Positions 60,301 to 64,000 of a DNA stretch of 64,000 bases are shown one piece after another (within the stretch, counting starts at the first letter, position 1; every line of letters starts with the position of its first letter). The stretch covers positions 7,688,001-7,752,000 of the forward strand of contig NC_135262.1 in NCBI RefSeq assembly GCF_964204865.1, given 5' to 3'. The notes beneath the pieces were generated by a model. The model did no database searches and was not told the origin of the DNA. It saw only the letters and a program-made list of their open reading frames with translations. The position numbers and the translations under genes were made by a program. The DNA comes from Styela clava (Eukaryota).

Positions 60301-62922
60301 GTTAATAGCTTCAGATAAAACATACATGAAGCATCATATTCAGCTTTCAAATAGATAATTGAGAGACTTCAGTTAGAACTACTTTCAGTATGAATACAAT
60401 TGCAATATTGATGTAAAAGTACCTGAATGTATCCTAAGATGGTCATTTAAATCAAATCTGGTGTGAAAACTCATTCCACATTCATGGCAAGTCTCTGGTC
60501 TATATCCTGTATGCCACCTCATATGCCGATCAACAGCAGCTTTGGATAAGAAAGCCTCGCCACATTCCTAAGATTAAAAATAGATATGAGCCAATAAATG
60601 CCTTCATAAAACGCAGTGCCCATGTTACCATAAAACAACACATGCATAACTTCAACAAGGTTTGCTTCAAAACTTACAGTGCATTTAAAATTTCTTGACC
60701 TTACGTCTTTCTCACCATGCTTTGTGATTAGGTGTTGAACAAGACATCGTGTTTTGGTGAATGTCATATCACAGTGATCACACGATATATTTTTCATACC
60801 TAGAATAAGAATGATACATAGTTTATAGAGGTTACCTTAATATAGTCATGATAAAAAAACAATCATAAGGCTAGCTAAAGTTAACATTCCAACAGTTGCG
60901 AATTGCATAATTGCGAAAAGTGTTAGGAACTCGCTTACCCCCCCATCCATGATTACCCCGCATGGGTTTAAACTTTGAATTCCACAGAGAATAATTAGGA
61001 AGACTGATGAGGACCGAGAAGTTGATGAACTTCCTATCATAGGGTGTGATCTCATACGATGGTAGGTTACTGCTTCCTCTAAGGTTCGGCATATAATTAG
61101 GCCATTTTAAAGCATTTCGATTCCCCTGAGACGAATATAAATATCCTATCCGTTAATCTTACCAAGATGTCTCTTTAAATGACTTGCCAGATCAGACTTT
61201 ACTTTAAACTTGGATTTGCATCTTGTACATAGGTAAGGACAAACACCAGTATGTTCTCTGTGATGACGTAGAAATTTTTCTAATTTATCAAATTCTGCAC
61301 CACAGGGACTATATATACATTTATAGGTATTTGTTTGGGTTTTCATAACTTCCTTTTCCTTTGATAATGCATTCTGATCGGTCCCAATCTCCATCTAGAA
61401 ATTCAGGTATATGTTGTTATTATGCTCTTCTTATCACTGACACATTCATAAACAAGTATGGTAGTTATATATAAAACGAATAGATTGTCTACATAAGAAT
61501 TTTGAGGACAAATGCTTCAAAGTACTTAAGATCTGGGAAGTGTTACTTGATAAGAGCAATATTGAAAATTGACTGAAATATTTATAGATAATTTATCTTG
61601 AACTCTGATATGGTACAAAAGATCACGATACACATTAGACAAACACACAAGATGGGAATTCAGGAAAGTTGCCAGAATTTCAAATGAGGTTCATGACTGG
61701 CCACAATGTAAAAAAAATTGTAAAACTTACTTCAGTCTTGAAGATATGCTTCACAGTGTATGTGTGTTTTTCATAATCATGTTTTGAATTAAATTCAATC
61801 TGACAAAGATCACAGTTCAATTTTTTTGGCTCACCAACTCTAAAAAAAAAAAAATAGAATTACACTGATATTGCACTGCTTTCGAAAATAATTTATATTG
61901 GCCTCCTAAAACCTCAAATCAGAAAGATGAAATGATTAATTTATTCTACACAATGTGGACCTAAGGATTGATTTTCTAATTTAATGTTGTTAAAAATCAC
62001 TTTTATCTATAACCAATGGACTAACCAATTCTAAGATGGAAGAAATCTCAAGAAGGCTACTTCTCCAAGGTCCAATATTTCAATCAAAATTTTTCTGTTT
62101 TTACTTTCAAAACATCTTTTTATATGACACGTTGCACGCCTGTATATGAAATTTAATACAATCCTTATAACACTTTGCTGACATTGTGGTAGTGAATTAG
62201 ACTTTGTGTCCATATACTTGAGCATTGCTTAGTAAAAACCAGATTGTGTCGCACAAAAAATAATAAAACCATTTTCCATGTCAATAAAAGCTTACTTTTC
62301 CTTGAGTTCCGGTGTACTTTCCTTGAGCAATTTTATCTTTTCCGCAAGACTTAACTTCTTTCGTCTTTTGGGGTTTATAGATTTAGTGTTATTTGAAGAG
62401 TCATCTTGTCCTGTTCATAATAAAAACAGTTTGAAACAGATTATGAAATGATGAAAATAGAATGATAACTATATATTATTTCACTCTGCTATCTTTGAAT
62501 TCAATATTATCCTATATGCAATTTATGTTGATATGGAGGCACAGACTGTTTCATAAAGGCTGGGCTTGCACTCACTGTTATAATTGATGTCTTCTGATGT
62601 GGGGCTTTTCTTGGAATCGGAGAACTGTGTCGTACTGTATGTAGTACAATATTGAGGTGCATTTTCTCTTCTATTGTACTTAATTTAAAGTCCCCAAAAG
62701 CATTTTGTTATGAGTAAAGTTGATTTGTTATTTCTTACCAAGCGCCTCAATGTTTGGTCTCTTGTTTCTATTTATCAATGCATTATGATGGTATCTTGTC
62801 AATGGATATTTTCTGATGACAACACTTGGTAATTTCTTATTTGATGGTGTGTTATTGTCATTGCATTTTGACAATTTTAAATGCTGAAAAAACTCTTCTG
62901 CATTTTGACATTGTGATTCCAT
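57305..62922 (-). CDS. ZNF407: Multi-exon C2H2 zinc-finger protein, ZNF407-like (start codon and exon limits approximate)
   Basis: Exons encode about 10 C2H2 fingers with TGxRP/GEKP linkers. [20 protein letters not shown]...[10 protein letters not shown] resembles the recalled ZNF407 YRCPWCDYRSNCAENIRKHI...KHEGVKMYNC. Ser/Thr-rich tail at 57305-57865. Orthology is tentative. Confidence 0.65.
59016..59307 (+). mobile_element. HINE/DINE-1-like element, second copy
   Basis: Closely similar to 37273-37581; subTIR ACTTATCGAT / ATCGATAAGT perfect; 3' hairpin. Confidence 0.78.
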
Positions 62923-64000
62923 GATATTGATCAAACTGTATAGAAAAGAAATGCTTTAGCCTAGAAATGAAAATGATAATTTGCAAGGATAAAATCAGAA
63001 AGATTTACAGGTTCATTGTCTAAGCAGGGGGTGAGTAAGATTAAAATTGATGGTTTTTGAAACATACTGACATAGGACAAAATATTTTTCATAGATATTG
63101 ATCGATAAAACACTTGAAAATCACTTTGCCATGGATGGGAATTGGCAATGTTTTTGCAACACTTTATTGTAAAGAATATTAGCACAAAATCCAGAAATTG
63201 GTGGAGTTAACAGAAAATTCTTATATTGTTCACTTTCTGGCATTTCATATGACACATAATTTGCTTAGTCATATTTAGTACGGTACGCATTCAAAGACTT
63301 AGACAAATAGACTAGCAATATTGTAATAATTTTTGAACAAGTCTACCCAAGTTTCTGATTGGACCACTCCACCAACTGACCAAACCAATTGCATTAATCC
63401 ACTCACCAATAAATAATATGCTCTTGCCTGCTTTCAGAATGAGCGCACAGAAAACAACTTCTCGAACCAAAGGGGAACCACCCTTTCAGTCCTATGGTAT
63501 CTGTACGTAATGAAGAGAGGCTTCTGACTTCTGCACAATGGCAGGGAACGAATACCGTAATGTAGCTTTAGCTCAGTCTATATCGTAAACTTATGTTTTC
63601 CTCTTTCCCTTTTTTCCACTATTTTCGTAAAACATGATTATTGTTTACAATTACATCACCTCTCGTCCAAGCCTTCTCTTCTTTCGATGACCAACACAAA
63701 CTTTTTTTCGTTTTCTCTCAACAAGTTAATTGCGCTTTTCACATTCAAGTGCGAATTTGTATGCAGGTCAAACCCAATAGTTTCTATTGACTTCTATGTT
63801 GTGTTTTATGAAGTAGTATTCAATGTCAGAATTTTTTAATAATCGAATTTTGTTACAATACAGTATATGTAAAAAATTCCAAAAATTTAGATCAGGACCT
63901 CTAGTGGTAGTTATGTTTTTGTCTCGTTATGTTTTGGAGGGTGTGTGCGCAGTTCTGTTTGCTACGTTACGTTGTGTTGCGGTCAGCTTGATTTCCATAG

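Overview
AT-rich animal genomic DNA, not prokaryotic. The proteins are chordate-like and the layout suggests an ascidian/tunicate, but the organism is an inference. 1-2987: edge of a 178-bp satellite array with a 9-monomer (1602-bp) higher-order repeat. 3.1-8.0 kb: a decayed Mutator-like (MULE) transposon ORF with PHD, OTU/vertnin-like protease and DDE transposase domains. It is split by a 2.1-kb non-autonomous hAT insertion whose removal restores the frame, and is followed by a minisatellite and a fold-back MITE. From 10 kb the window is gene-dense. + strand: DARS2, TBC1D19, an EF-hand/WD40 (WDR49/WDR95/WDY-type) gene and INPP1. - strand: MRPS24 and NOL11, with an insect-type AANAT-like GNAT gene and its inverted pseudogene inside one NOL11 intron. 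+ strand: YKT6, TRAPPC2, RBMX2 and an unidentified 75-aa membrane microprotein. - strand: a ZNF407-like C2H2 gene. The main pattern is that most CDSs are intronless, and several are preceded by a 3' splice acceptor just upstream of the ATG. This fits SL trans-spliced operons and/or retrogenes with 5'-UTR introns. SINEs, LINE ends, hAT/MULE MITEs and Helentron-type HINEs fill introns and spacers.
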